A DNA stretch of 64,000 nucleotides from an uncultured Methyloceanibacter sp. (GTDB taxonomy: Bacteria > Pseudomonadota > Alphaproteobacteria > Rhizobiales > Methyloligellaceae), in contig CAZFYL010000002.1 of NCBI GenBank assembly GCA_964523345.1, positions 5,373 to 69,372 of the forward strand, given 5' to 3'. The notes beneath the pieces are model-generated. The model was not told where the DNA came from, did no database searches, and saw only the letters and a list, made by a program, of their open reading frames with translations. A program made the translations under genes and the position numbers. Shown one piece after another: positions 49,332-60,127 of the stretch. The number at the start of each line of letters is the position of its first letter. Position 1 is the first letter of the stretch.

Positions 49332-51461
49332 ATGCGACCCGCAAAGCTAGCCCCGCTCTTCGCCACGGTCCGCTCCTTGAAAGGGGTGGGACCGAGCGTC
49401 GAAAAATTGCTCAATAAGCTCGCGGGCCCAAGGCACGAGGGGGCTCATGCCCGCGTCGTCGATCTGCTTTGGCACCTGCCCGCCGGTCTCATCGATCGCA
49501 TCGTGACGCCGCGGATCGCCGAGGCCAGGATCGGCGAGATCGCCACGCTCGAAGTCACGATCACCGAGCACAGGCAAGGCGGCGGCCGAAAGGGAAGACG
49601 GCGGGCGCCTTATCGCGTGCTGGTCGAAGATGACGCGGGCTCGGCCCTCGACCTCGTCTATTTCAACGCCGATGCGTCCTATCTCAAGCGTCTTTTGCCG
49701 GAGGGCAGCCGCAAGCTCATTTCAGGGAAGCTCGAATCGTATGACGGGTCGCTGCAAATGCCGCACCCCGATCATGTCACGGCAATCGACGCAAAAGGCG
49801 ACGCAAGCCTTCCCTCACACGAACCCATCTATCCACTGACCGCAGGCCTTACTAATACGACTCTGCGCAAAGCCATTCACAATGCGATCGGACAATTGCC
49901 GTCACTGCCTGAATGGATCGATGCGCCCTTTCTTGCCCAGAAGGATTGGCCCGGGTTCGGCGAGGCAATCGCCCGTCTCCACGCCCCGGAAACCGAGAGC
50001 GAGTTTCTTCCTTCGGCGCCGGCGCGGGCGCGGCTCGCTTACGATGAGCTTCTCGCCAACCAGCTTGCGCTGGCCGTGATCCGTGCCCGCCTCAAGCGGC
50101 GCGCCGGACGGCGTCTTGCCGCCACCGGGAAATTGCGCAACGCCATCCTTGCCGCCCTGCCCTTTACTCTGACTTCCGCACAGCAGCGCGCCTTGGCCGA
50201 GATCGACGCCGATCTTTCCAGTCCGCACCGCATGCTTCGTCTGCTCCAAGGCGATGTCGGCAGCGGCAAAACGGTAGTGGCGCTGCTTGCCATGGCAGGT
50301 GCCGTCGAAGCGGGCGCGCAAGCGGCCTTGATGGCGCCGACCGAACTGTTGGCACGCCAGCATCTGCAAACCATCGACGGATTCGCCAAAGCTGCTGACT
50401 TGCGCATCGCGATCCTCACCGGCCGCGAGCGCGGACGCGAACGGGCCGAGATCTTGGAGGCGCTGAAGGAAGGACGCACCGATATCCTGATCGGTACCCA
50501 TGCATTGTTCCAGGAACAGATCGCATTCAAGGATCTCGGTCTCGTCGTCATCGACGAGCAGCATCGCTTCGGCGTGCATCAACGGCTGGCGCTTCAGGCC
50601 AAAGGGTCGGGCTCGGGAGCGGAGCTTCTGGTGATGACCGCCACACCCATTCCGCGCACGCTTCTGTTGACGAGTTACGGCGATATGGACGCCTCGCGGC
50701 TCGACGAAAAGCCGCCGGGGCGGAAGCCGATCGCCACCCGCGCCGTGCCGCTCGAACGGCTGGACGAGGTCGTCTCAGGGGTCGGGCGCGCGATCGCCGA
50801 CGGGGCTCAGGTCTATTGGGTCTGCCCGCTTGTCGCTGAGTCGGAGGTTCTCGACATCGCCGCGGCCGAGGACCGCTATGCGGCGCTTCGCGCCCAATTT
50901 GGCGAATCCGTTGGACTGGTCCATGGACGGCTCCCGTCAAAGGATAAAGACAGCGTTATGGCCGCCTTCGCTTCGGGCGCTCTGTCGATCCTGGTTTCGA
51001 CCACGGTGATCGAGGTCGGCGTCGACGTGCCGAAGGCGTCCGTGATGATTATCGAACATGCCGAGCGCTTCGGCCTGGCCCAGCTGCACCAGCTGCGCGG
51101 GCGGGTCGGGCGCGGCGCGCAAGACTCGTCCTGTATCCTGCTCTACCGCCAGAAGCTGTCGGAGACGGCACGTGAGAGGTTAAATGTGATGCGCCGTACC
51201 GAAGACGGGTTTGTGATCGCCGAAGAGGATTTGCGGCTCCGCGGCGGCGGCGAAGTGCTTGGCACGCGCCAGAGCGGGCTGCCGCTGTTCCGCATCGCCA
51301 CCCTCCCCGAGCACCAGGCGCTGCTTGAGGCGGCGCGCGACCAAGCACAGCTCAGACTCAGCCGCGACCCCGAGCTGAAGGAACCGGGTGCCGAAGCGTT
51401 GAGACTGCTGCTTTATTTGTTCGAGCGGGACGACGCGATCAAGCTGATGCGGGCCGGGTGA
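49332..51461 (+). CDS. recG: ATP-dependent DNA helicase RecG
   Basis: 709 aa. [51 protein letters not shown]-terminal wedge/OB region. Confidence 0.97.
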   Translation: MRPAKLAPLFATVRSLKGVGPSVEKLLNKLAGPRHEGAHARVVDLLWHLPAGLIDRIVTPRIAEARIGEIATLEVTITEHRQGGGRKGRRRAPYRVLVEDDAGSALDLVYFNADASYLKRLLPEGSRKLISGKLESYDGSLQMPHPDHVTAIDAKGDASLPSHEPIYPLTAGLTNTTLRKAIHNAIGQLPSLPEWIDAPFLAQKDWPGFGEAIARLHAPETESEFLPSAPARARLAYDELLANQLALAVIRARLKRRAGRRLAATGKLRNAILAALPFTLTSAQQRALAEIDADLSSPHRMLRLLQGDVGSGKTVVALLAMAGAVEAGAQAALMAPTELLARQHLQTIDGFAKAADLRIAILTGRERGRERAEILEALKEGRTDILIGTHALFQEQIAFKDLGLVVIDEQHRFGVHQRLALQAKGSGSGAELLVMTATPIPRTLLLTSYGDMDASRLDEKPPGRKPIATRAVPLERLDEVVSGVGRAIADGAQVYWVCPLVAESEVLDIAAAEDRYAALRAQFGESVGLVHGRLPSKDKDSVMAAFASGALSILVSTTVIEVGVDVPKASVMIIEHAERFGLAQLHQLRGRVGRGAQDSSCILLYRQKLSETARERLNVMRRTEDGFVIAEEDLRLRGGGEVLGTRQSGLPLFRIATLPEHQALLEAARDQAQLRLSRDPELKEPGAEALRLLLYLFERDDAIKLMRAG

Positions 51462-51473
51462 GTCCGGAGATCT

Positions 51474-52265
51474 CTAGACGACGGGCTCTTCTTCAGGAAC
51501 CGGCTTTTTCGCTTTTGCTTCTTCGACCAATGTCTTCAGCTTTTTCTGCGGCGCCACCAGTCCCGCCGAGACCACCATCTTGGCAGCGTCCTCGACCGCC
51601 ATGTCGAGCAGGATCACATCGCTTGCCGGCATGAAGATCACGAACCCGGTGGTCGGATTCGGCGCATTCGGCATGAACACGGTCATGACCGTTTCACCAT
51701 TGCCGAGTTTCTCTTCGACTTCCGCCGGCGGGTCGCCCGAAACGAACACCAAGGCATAGAGACCCTTGCGTGGGAACTCGATGACACCGACACGCTTGAA
51801 AGACGTTCCGCTCTTGGAGAACACCGTCTGGAAGATTTGCTTGAGCAGACGGTAGACGCCGCGCACGACCGGCATGCGGTCGAGCATCATCTCCCCATAG
51901 GCCACGACGGTCCGGCCGAACAGATTGGCGGTCAGTGCCCCGATGACCATGAGACCGAAAATGCCGACGATGAGGCCGACGCCGGGAACGCTGAAGGGAA
52001 GATAAGTCTCAGGCAGATAGGCGGTGGGGATCAGCGGCTTGACCCAGGCATCGACGAGATTGATGAACCACCACACCACGTAGATGGTGATGGCCACGGG
52101 TCCGACGATGATGAGGCCGGTTAGAAAGTAGCCTCGCAGCCGGGCCATAAGATGCGAGGAGTGCGCCGGTTCCCCTCCGAGCAACACGAGCTGATCTTCG
52201 GACGGCTCGGACGTTGCGCTTGACTGTTCCGGTGTTGGTTTTTTTTGACTCTTCATCGGACGCAT
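51474..52265 (-). CDS. DUF502 domain-containing membrane protein
   Basis: 263 aa. LRGYFLTGLIIVGPVAITIYVVWWFINLVD...PGVGLIVGIFGLMVIG...PNPTTGF, the characteristic DUF502 layout. Confidence 0.72.
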   Translation of the reverse strand: MRPMKSQKKPTPEQSSATSEPSEDQLVLLGGEPAHSSHLMARLRGYFLTGLIIVGPVAITIYVVWWFINLVDAWVKPLIPTAYLPETYLPFSVPGVGLIVGIFGLMVIGALTANLFGRTVVAYGEMMLDRMPVVRGVYRLLKQIFQTVFSKSGTSFKRVGVIEFPRKGLYALVFVSGDPPAEVEEKLGNGETVMTVFMPNAPNPTTGFVIFMPASDVILLDMAVEDAAKMVVSAGLVAPQKKLKTLVEEAKAKKPVPEEEPVV

Positions 52266-52413
52266 AATTATGTCGATCCATCTCCAAGGACTGCGGCACC
52301 GGTCTTTCGGCCGGTCCGGTGAGGCAGGTGCCTTAACACATCCCGAGTCCTGATGTGAGGCTTAGCTCGCAAAAGAGCAATGCCGCCACTTACGCTGTTT
52401 CAGGAAACTGCAA

Positions 52414-53691
52414 CTAAAGTGTCGCAAGAGAGCAATCGATCTTGCTTCGCTTTAGCGCGTTGCAGACCTTAACGCCTTGCGCCTTGTCCGGGAAGGGGCC
52501 GACCTTGAGACTGTAGAACGTACCGAAATTGCCGATATCGATTTTCTCAATTTCAGGCGTCATACCCTGGAGACCGGGGGTTCGCGACGCCTTTTTCCAC
52601 AGCGCTTGTGCGTCTGCTTCCGAGCGGCTGTTCGCGAGTTGAACCTGATAGCCGCCGGACGCGGCCTGTGTCGCCGCTGGTTGCGCGGCCGGCTCCGGTT
52701 CTGAGCTTCGGCCGAAGATGCGCCAGCTCCGCTTGCTTTCAGCCTCCGGAGCGTCCTGGCCTTGTGTGGTGGTAGACCAGCTTGAGCTCGCGGCTGCGGC
52801 AGGCGGTGCGGAACGGGGCTTGCTGGGCGGAGGAGACGCCGCTGCAGTCTGGGTGGCGGGTGCCGGCGGCGGCGGCTCGGAGGACGAAGAGCCTCTGAAA
52901 GACCCGAACCAGCGGGTTAGACGGCTGCCGCCGGTGCTGCTCGATTGCGATTCCGCACCATCAACGGACGTCGTCCAAGACCCGGAGGCGGCCGGAGGTT
53001 TGCTCGAGGCTGCCGGCGGGGATGGAGCGTTGCTGGCCGTGCGGGTTGGCGGCGAAGACGGTTGCGCCACAGGGGCTGCCGGCTCGCTGCGATTGCGGCC
53101 GAAGCCTGGAATCCAGCTGCTCCACGACGACGACGACGTGCTCGCCTGACCTCCGCGGCTGACGTCGGTCGAAAATGCGGCAATGTCTGCCGTGCTTTTC
53201 GGTGCGCCGCCGTCGTCGGCGATGATTTGATCGACCTGGCTGTTCCCGGCAGCCTTCCGGGCAGCGGCGATTTCCGCGTCCCCTTGTCGACTGAGCCCGG
53301 CCGCCTTGAATGCGAGGCCGCGGTTGACCTGCGCCTTGACGCGGTCGGATTGAGGCAGGCCCAGCCAGATGGCCGCGCCAAGATCGGCCACGGCACGGCC
53401 GGACTCGCCCATCTTCCGGTAGGCGATCCCGCGCAGATAGAGGGCCTTAGCCGCACTGCCGGCCGAAACATTGTCCGTATTGATCGCGGCCGAGAGCTGC
53501 CGGACGGCGTCCTGGTATTTGCCTGCGGCAAGAGACGCCGCGCCGCTCTTCAGCCCCGCATCTTGGGCATGAGCCGCGCCGGCAGCGAGAACAAGCGCCG
53601 CTACAAGGCATAGGCACGGAAGAAGACGCCGGCCGGAAGCAAGACGGGGCGCTCGGAAGGACTTCCGCTTATCCGCCATGTTCTTGCTCAA
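52414..53691 (-). CDS. SPOR domain-containing protein with N-terminal TPR-like repeats
   Basis: 425 aa. Signal/anchor, TPR-like (GKYQDAVRQLSAAI..ALYLRGIAYRKMGESGRAVADL), Ser/Pro/Ala-rich linker, C-terminal SPOR (YQVQLANSRSEADAQALWKK...FYSLKVGPFPDKAQGVKVCNALK). Confidence 0.7.
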   Translation of the reverse strand: MSKNMADKRKSFRAPRLASGRRLLPCLCLVAALVLAAGAAHAQDAGLKSGAASLAAGKYQDAVRQLSAAINTDNVSAGSAAKALYLRGIAYRKMGESGRAVADLGAAIWLGLPQSDRVKAQVNRGLAFKAAGLSRQGDAEIAAARKAAGNSQVDQIIADDGGAPKSTADIAAFSTDVSRGGQASTSSSSWSSWIPGFGRNRSEPAAPVAQPSSPPTRTASNAPSPPAASSKPPAASGSWTTSVDGAESQSSSTGGSRLTRWFGSFRGSSSSEPPPPAPATQTAAASPPPSKPRSAPPAAAASSSWSTTTQGQDAPEAESKRSWRIFGRSSEPEPAAQPAATQAASGGYQVQLANSRSEADAQALWKKASRTPGLQGMTPEIEKIDIGNFGTFYSLKVGPFPDKAQGVKVCNALKRSKIDCSLATL

Positions 53692-53723
53692 TCAGAGAAA
53701 TCGGGCAAATCCGAGGCTCTAGT

Positions 53724-55544
<1,821 letters not shown>

Positions 55545-55623
55545 ACGCTTTCAAACTCCTCGCAAACCTTACCTTTAGCTAAAAGGCACCGAAGGGCGCG
55601 CGCAATTCACGCTCTATGTCCCT

Positions 55624-56988
55624 TTATTTCCCCGAATCCTTTGGCTTCCGGTTGCGCCGCTCGCGCATCTTGGCGGCCCAATCGGGACGTTCTTCTTGCT
55701 TGCTCCGGCTGAGCGCCAGCGCATCGGGTGCCACATCCTTTGAGATCACACTGCCTGACCCGATATAGGCGCCCTCCCCGATCTTGACCGGCGCCACCAG
55801 CGAAGAGTTCGAACCGATAAAGGCGCCGCCGCCAATCTCGGTGCGGTACTTGGCGAAGCCGTCATAGTTGCAGGTGATGGTGCCGGCGCCAATATTGGCG
55901 CGGGGTCCGATGGTCGCGTCACCAATATAAGTCAGGTGGTTGACCTTGGCGCCCTCGCCGATCTCCGATTGCTTGATCTCGACAAAATTTCCAACACGCG
56001 CGCCCTTGGCAAGATCGGCGCCAGGCCTGAGCCGGGCGAAAGGTCCGACCGTCGCGCCTTCGCCGACCCGCGAGCCTTGCAGGTGACAAAAGCTCCTGAT
56101 GGTCGCGCCGTCTTCGATGATGACACCTTCGCCGATCACCACATGCGGCTCGATGACGACGTCCTTGCCGATGCGCGTGTCATGACTGAAGAAGACGGTC
56201 TCAGGCGCAACCAGCGTCGCGCCATTGGCCATGACGGCATCGCGCAAGCGCCATTGCATGACCGCTTCGGCATGAGCAAGCTCGGCGCGTGAGTTCACGC
56301 CGAGAACCTCTTCGGCATCGGCTTCAACCACGCGCGCGTCGAGCCGATCGGCCCGGGCCAGCGCGACGGCGTCGGTCAGATAGAATTCTCTCTTGCTGTT
56401 ATCGTTGCCGATGCGGTCGAGGAGATTGAGCAGGGTCTTGCTCGAGCCGAACCCCATGATTCCCGAATTGCAAAGGGTGATGGCCCGTTCCGCTTCGCTC
56501 GCCTCTTTCTCTTCGCGAATGCCGATGAGCTTGCCGTCGCCGTCCAGCAGAAGCCGTCCATAGCCGGCGGGGTTCTCGGCTTCAAAGCCGATCACGACGA
56601 GGTCGGCACCTGAAGCAAGCTCGGCACGAACTTCGTTGATCGTTCTTGCGCGCAAGAGCGGCGTGTCGCCGCAAAGAATCAGGACCTGACCGGGAAAGCC
56701 CGCAAGCGCATCGCGCGCTGCTTTCACCGCATCGGCCGTTCCCAGCGGTTCTGCCTGGACGAACAGCTCGACCGTAGGGTCAAAGGCGCGCGCCACGCTG
56801 CCCACCTCGTTCATTTCAGGCGCCAAGACGACGGCAAGCCGGTCGAGGCCGGCCGCTTTCATTGTCTGGAGCGCATGCACCAGCAAAGGCGCCCCGGCGA
56901 GCCGGTGCAGCACCTTGGCGCGCTCCGACTTCATCCGCATGCCTTTGCCGGCGGCAAGGATCAGGGCAAGAACTGGGTTATTCGTCAT
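55624..56988 (-). CDS. glmU: Bifunctional UDP-N-acetylglucosamine diphosphorylase / glucosamine-1-phosphate N-acetyltransferase
   Basis: 454 aa. ILAAGKGMRMKS (LxxGxGTRM-type), then C-terminal left-handed beta-helix hexapeptide repeats (GANIGAGTITCNYDG). Confidence 0.97.
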   Translation of the reverse strand: MTNNPVLALILAAGKGMRMKSERAKVLHRLAGAPLLVHALQTMKAAGLDRLAVVLAPEMNEVGSVARAFDPTVELFVQAEPLGTADAVKAARDALAGFPGQVLILCGDTPLLRARTINEVRAELASGADLVVIGFEAENPAGYGRLLLDGDGKLIGIREEKEASEAERAITLCNSGIMGFGSSKTLLNLLDRIGNDNSKREFYLTDAVALARADRLDARVVEADAEEVLGVNSRAELAHAEAVMQWRLRDAVMANGATLVAPETVFFSHDTRIGKDVVIEPHVVIGEGVIIEDGATIRSFCHLQGSRVGEGATVGPFARLRPGADLAKGARVGNFVEIKQSEIGEGAKVNHLTYIGDATIGPRANIGAGTITCNYDGFAKYRTEIGGGAFIGSNSSLVAPVKIGEGAYIGSGSVISKDVAPDALALSRSKQEERPDWAAKMRERRNRKPKDSGK

Positions 56989-57242
56989 GACGCTTCAGTC
57001 ATTGCCCATATAGCACTCCGGGGCCATACCAAGACGCGCACCCCGCGCCACTTCCTAAGCTGCCGACGGCGATCTATTTAGTCCAAACCCCGCGCGAGGG
57101 CCATAAGTGGCGTCGGGATTGAAGGGAAATTGACCGGCGACGCGGGGCGAGGCATCCTTGGTTTACAGCGTGAAAGTCGTTAAAGCCTTATTGGTGTCGC
57201 TTTTCCGCCGGAATTTCGAGCCCGGGGAGGCCTTGAAAGCCG

Positions 57243-58268
57243 ATGGCTAAGAATCGCCTGACAGGCTCACGGAACTGGGTGCGCAGCGGCTTCGCCGTGT
57301 TCTGGATCCTGCTCGGCTGTGTTTCCGGCGTTTACCTCTTTTCAGTCCTCACCGGACCCACGCTTGGCAGGCAGACGGTCAAGTCGGCTCCGGACGGTCA
57401 AACATCGCCTGACCAGGAACTCGCCGCGATCCAGGAGAATTTGCAGGCGTTGTCGCAACAAGTCGCAGGCCTCAGCGACCGTCTGGAGGACGGCGAGACG
57501 ATGAACGCGCCGGTGCCATCGGAGCCGCCTGCCCCTGCCCCGGAACCTCCTGCCGCAGCGGCGGAACCGGCACAAGCCGAAGTGACGCCGGAGCCGGCCG
57601 CCGAACCGGCCCCTCCACCGCCCGCAGCGGAGACGCCGAGCGACGCCCAGGCAGCGGCGCCGGAGCCGGAGGCGCAACCTCAGCCGGAGCCGGCCGAGCA
57701 GGCCGAGGCCGAGGCCCAAGAGCCTGCACCGGAACCGACCCCTCCGCCCAAACCGTCTGTGCCGCCATCGGTGGTGACATCGCCGCTTGAAGAAGCGCCG
57801 ACCCCGTTTGCCGCCGCATCACCGGAGGCGCCGGGAGACGCGGCCGATCAGGCCGCGCCGCAAGAGAGCCAAACTGCCGCTCCGGCTGAACCGGTGGCGT
57901 CGCCCGGTCACGATTCAGCCGAGGATACGGATGCTACCGCACCGCCCGAACCGGCGGCGACCGAGACGGCGGCCTTGGATCCCATCGCCCTTCCTCCGGC
58001 CGCCAATGACGGCTCGACCCGTTACGGCATCGAGATCGGCATCGTCGACAACCGGGACAAGCTTCGGCCTCTGTGGCGCGAGTTCCTCACCAATCATGCC
58101 GCGCTTGTCGCCGGGCTTCAGCCGCGCCGCGTGCTGGCGCCTGACAAGAAATGGCGGTTGATCGCGGGACCCTTTGGCAGCGCCGCCGAGGCCGAACAGG
58201 CATGCGCTCTGTTTCAGAAAGCCGCACGGCCCTGCGAAGCCACCGTCTACGCCGGCGACGTCCTTTGA
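57243..58268 (+). CDS. SPOR domain-containing membrane-anchored protein with a Pro/Ala/Glu-rich linker
   Basis: 341 aa. TM anchor (GFAVFWILLGCVSGVYLF), a short coiled region, a linker of more than 150 aa (PAPEPPAAAAEPAQAEVTPEPAAEPAPPPP...), C-terminal SPOR-like (YGIEIGIV...WRLIAGPFGSAAEAEQACALF). Confidence 0.65.
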   Translation: MAKNRLTGSRNWVRSGFAVFWILLGCVSGVYLFSVLTGPTLGRQTVKSAPDGQTSPDQELAAIQENLQALSQQVAGLSDRLEDGETMNAPVPSEPPAPAPEPPAAAAEPAQAEVTPEPAAEPAPPPPAAETPSDAQAAAPEPEAQPQPEPAEQAEAEAQEPAPEPTPPPKPSVPPSVVTSPLEEAPTPFAAASPEAPGDAADQAAPQESQTAAPAEPVASPGHDSAEDTDATAPPEPAATETAALDPIALPPAANDGSTRYGIEIGIVDNRDKLRPLWREFLTNHAALVAGLQPRRVLAPDKKWRLIAGPFGSAAEAEQACALFQKAARPCEATVYAGDVL

Positions 58269-58282
58269 ATTAGCGGCTGATC

Positions 58283-59266
58283 CTAAAGCTGATCCGCGTT
58301 GAACGTGTCGCAGGAATTGAGATCGCCGCTTTCATAGCCGCGCTTGAACCAGCGCACGCGTTGCTTCGACGAACCATGCGTGAAGGCGTCGGGAACGACG
58401 TAACCTTGCGTCTGCCGCTGAATGCGATCGTCGCCGATGGCACTCGCCGCTTGCAGCGCTTCTTCGATATCGCCCGGCTCGATAACATCCCTGCTCTGGT
58501 CGGCCCGGTTGGCCCAGACGCCGGCAAAGCAATCGGCCTGCAATTCCATACGCACTTGAAGCGCGTTGCCCTGACTGCGGCTCATGCGCTGTTTCAGCGC
58601 TTCGACCTGATCGGCGATGCCCAGCAGCTTTTGCACATGATGGCCGATCTCGTGCGCGATGACATAGGCTTGAGCAAAATCGCCCGGCGCCCGAAACCGG
58701 TTCTTGAGTTCCTCGTAGAAATCGAGATCGATGTAAACCTTCTCATCATTCGGACAGTAGAACGGCCCCATCGCGGCCATGCCTAGACCGCACGCCGAGC
58801 GCACACCGCCGGTGAACAGCACCAGCTTCGGGTCCCGGTAGCGCAGGTCATAGCGGGCAAGGAGGCTACGCCAAACGTCTTCAGTATCGGCAAGAACGAC
58901 GGATACGAAGCGTTTGAGATCGTCTTCGCTTGAACTCTGCGGGCGCTGCACCGGCGCACTCTGCCGCTGTCCCGGGACCGGGAAATTGGTGGCATCAGGG
59001 CGCGATTGCGGAAGGTTGATATCGGGGAAGGTGGTGGGTTGGCCACCCGGTCCGCCCCCTTGCATGATGACCCTCGGATCCACGCCGAAGAAGAACATCA
59101 GGCCGAGAATAATGAGAAGCCCGAGGATGCCGATGCCGCCGCTTCTGCCGCGCGAACCGGGGCCGGGAAAGCGCATACCGCCACGCGGAAACGGAAAGCC
59201 GAAGCCGCCGCCTTGTCCTCGCCGATCCTCGACGTTTTCACTCTCTCTTTGACCGCGCCAGCGCAT
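58283..59266 (-). CDS. Neutral zinc metallopeptidase (YpfJ family)
   Basis: 327 aa. MRWRGQRESENVEDRRG N-terminus, TM segment, FYCPNDEKVYIDL, zinc motif AYVIAHEIGHHVQ, QADCFAGVWA. Confidence 0.85.
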   Translation of the reverse strand: MRWRGQRESENVEDRRGQGGGFGFPFPRGGMRFPGPGSRGRSGGIGILGLLIILGLMFFFGVDPRVIMQGGGPGGQPTTFPDINLPQSRPDATNFPVPGQRQSAPVQRPQSSSEDDLKRFVSVVLADTEDVWRSLLARYDLRYRDPKLVLFTGGVRSACGLGMAAMGPFYCPNDEKVYIDLDFYEELKNRFRAPGDFAQAYVIAHEIGHHVQKLLGIADQVEALKQRMSRSQGNALQVRMELQADCFAGVWANRADQSRDVIEPGDIEEALQAASAIGDDRIQRQTQGYVVPDAFTHGSSKQRVRWFKRGYESGDLNSCDTFNADQL

Positions 59267-59472
59267 GATTTCACGACCTCATACCGGGCCCGAACGGCCC
59301 ATCAATTGCGCTCATTGTGCATGGGGCGCGCCGCGGCACAAGACTCTGCCACAGGCGGGATTCTCGGTCAGAACGGCCAATTCTAGCAACCGCTTGAGGT
59401 CGAACGGCATTGCTACGCGGTGTGAGTGCACGCCCACAAATCCCTGTGGTCATTCGAACTACTGACAAGGAT

Positions 59473-59556
59473 ATGTCAAAAAACTGCCATAGGCCAAAGG
59501 CATGCTGGCACGTGCCCAGTTGTAGTGAGTCTGGGCCGGTAGTGTGTTCTGTGTAA
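59473..59556 (+). CDS. Candidate 27-codon Cys-rich small ORF (alternatively part of an sRNA)
   Basis: My translation: MSKNCHRPKACWHVPSCSESGPVVCSV. AAGGA lies immediately (about 2 nt) upstream of the ATG. The stop is 7 nt before an orphan plus-strand terminator. Not in the track (under 60 aa). Confidence 0.2.
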   Translation: MSKNCHRPKACWHVPSCSESGPVVCSV

Positions 59557-59563
59557 TGCGTAC

Positions 59564-59600
59564 GAGCCTCGGCACTCCCCGCGCCGGGGCTCTTCTTTTT
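59564..59600 (+). terminator. Orphan plus-strand Rho-independent terminator-like element
   Basis: GAGCCTCGG (59564-72) pairs with CCGGGGCTC (59584-92): 9 bp including one G-U, with an 11-nt loop, followed by TTCTTTTT. No annotated plus-strand gene ends here. Confidence 0.55.
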
Positions 59601-59623
59601 GCGACTCGGGATTCCACAAGAAG

Positions 59624-59660
59624 GCGGGAGCGACCGCCTTTCGTATGCGATCGCTCCCGC
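59624..59660 (-). terminator. Hairpin terminator downstream of the 116-aa repeat protein gene
   Basis: GCGGGAGCGA (59624-33) pairs with TCGCTCCCGC (59651-60). On the minus strand it is followed by CTTCTTGTGG. It begins 9 nt after the stop at 59669. Confidence 0.55.
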
Positions 59661-59668
59661 TCTTTGGG

Positions 59669-60019
59669 TTATTGCGGCACGGTGTCCGGTGCCGGTGTGT
59701 CGGTCGTGGCCGGCGGTTCTGCTGCCGGGGGCTCGGCGGCCGGGGGTTCGGCTGGCGTTTCGGCTGCAGGCGGGGCTGCCGGCGCTTCAGCGGCTGGAGG
59801 CTCTGCCGGCATTTCGGCCGCGGGCGGTGCCGCTGGCGCTTCGGCTTCAGGCGGCGCCGCTGGCTGCTCGGCGGGCTCCTCGGTCATCGGCTGCTCGACC
59901 TTGACCTCCGAATCACCTTTGTGCCCGTACATAAAGAAGGCAGCGATGACCAGGGCGAGCACGATGCCCCCCAATACAATCGCCATAAATGTTCTGCTGC
60001 CCTGGTTGTCATCTGCCAT
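59669..60019 (-). CDS. Hypothetical membrane-anchored protein with a tandem Pro/Ala/Glu repeat tail
   Basis: 116 aa. N-terminal TM (AIVLGGIVLALVIAAFFMY), then repeats PAEPPAAEAPAAPPAAE / PAEPPAAEPPAAEPPA. Confidence 0.5.
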   Translation of the reverse strand: MADDNQGSRTFMAIVLGGIVLALVIAAFFMYGHKGDSEVKVEQPMTEEPAEQPAAPPEAEAPAAPPAAEMPAEPPAAEAPAAPPAAETPAEPPAAEPPAAEPPATTDTPAPDTVPQ

Positions 60020-60127
60020 GTGTCAATCTCCTCCCCGCAAAAGGGCGTCTAGAATCGCGACTCCGAACTTATCGAGGAATTACACAGGGGTCGAGAGCCG
60101 CTTTAGCGCTGCGTCACAAGATCAAGA

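Noticed and set aside
55545-55623. glmS ribozyme upstream of glmS
   Set aside because: The glmU-glmS spacer is only 79 bp. The ribozyme is larger and characteristic of Gram-positive bacteria, and no matching core was seen.
57480-57960. Repetitive DNA that might be a CRISPR-like or VNTR array
   Set aside because: The periodicity is imperfect and lies in-frame within the Pro/Ala/Glu linker of a SPOR-domain protein. There is no repeat-spacer organisation and no cas genes.
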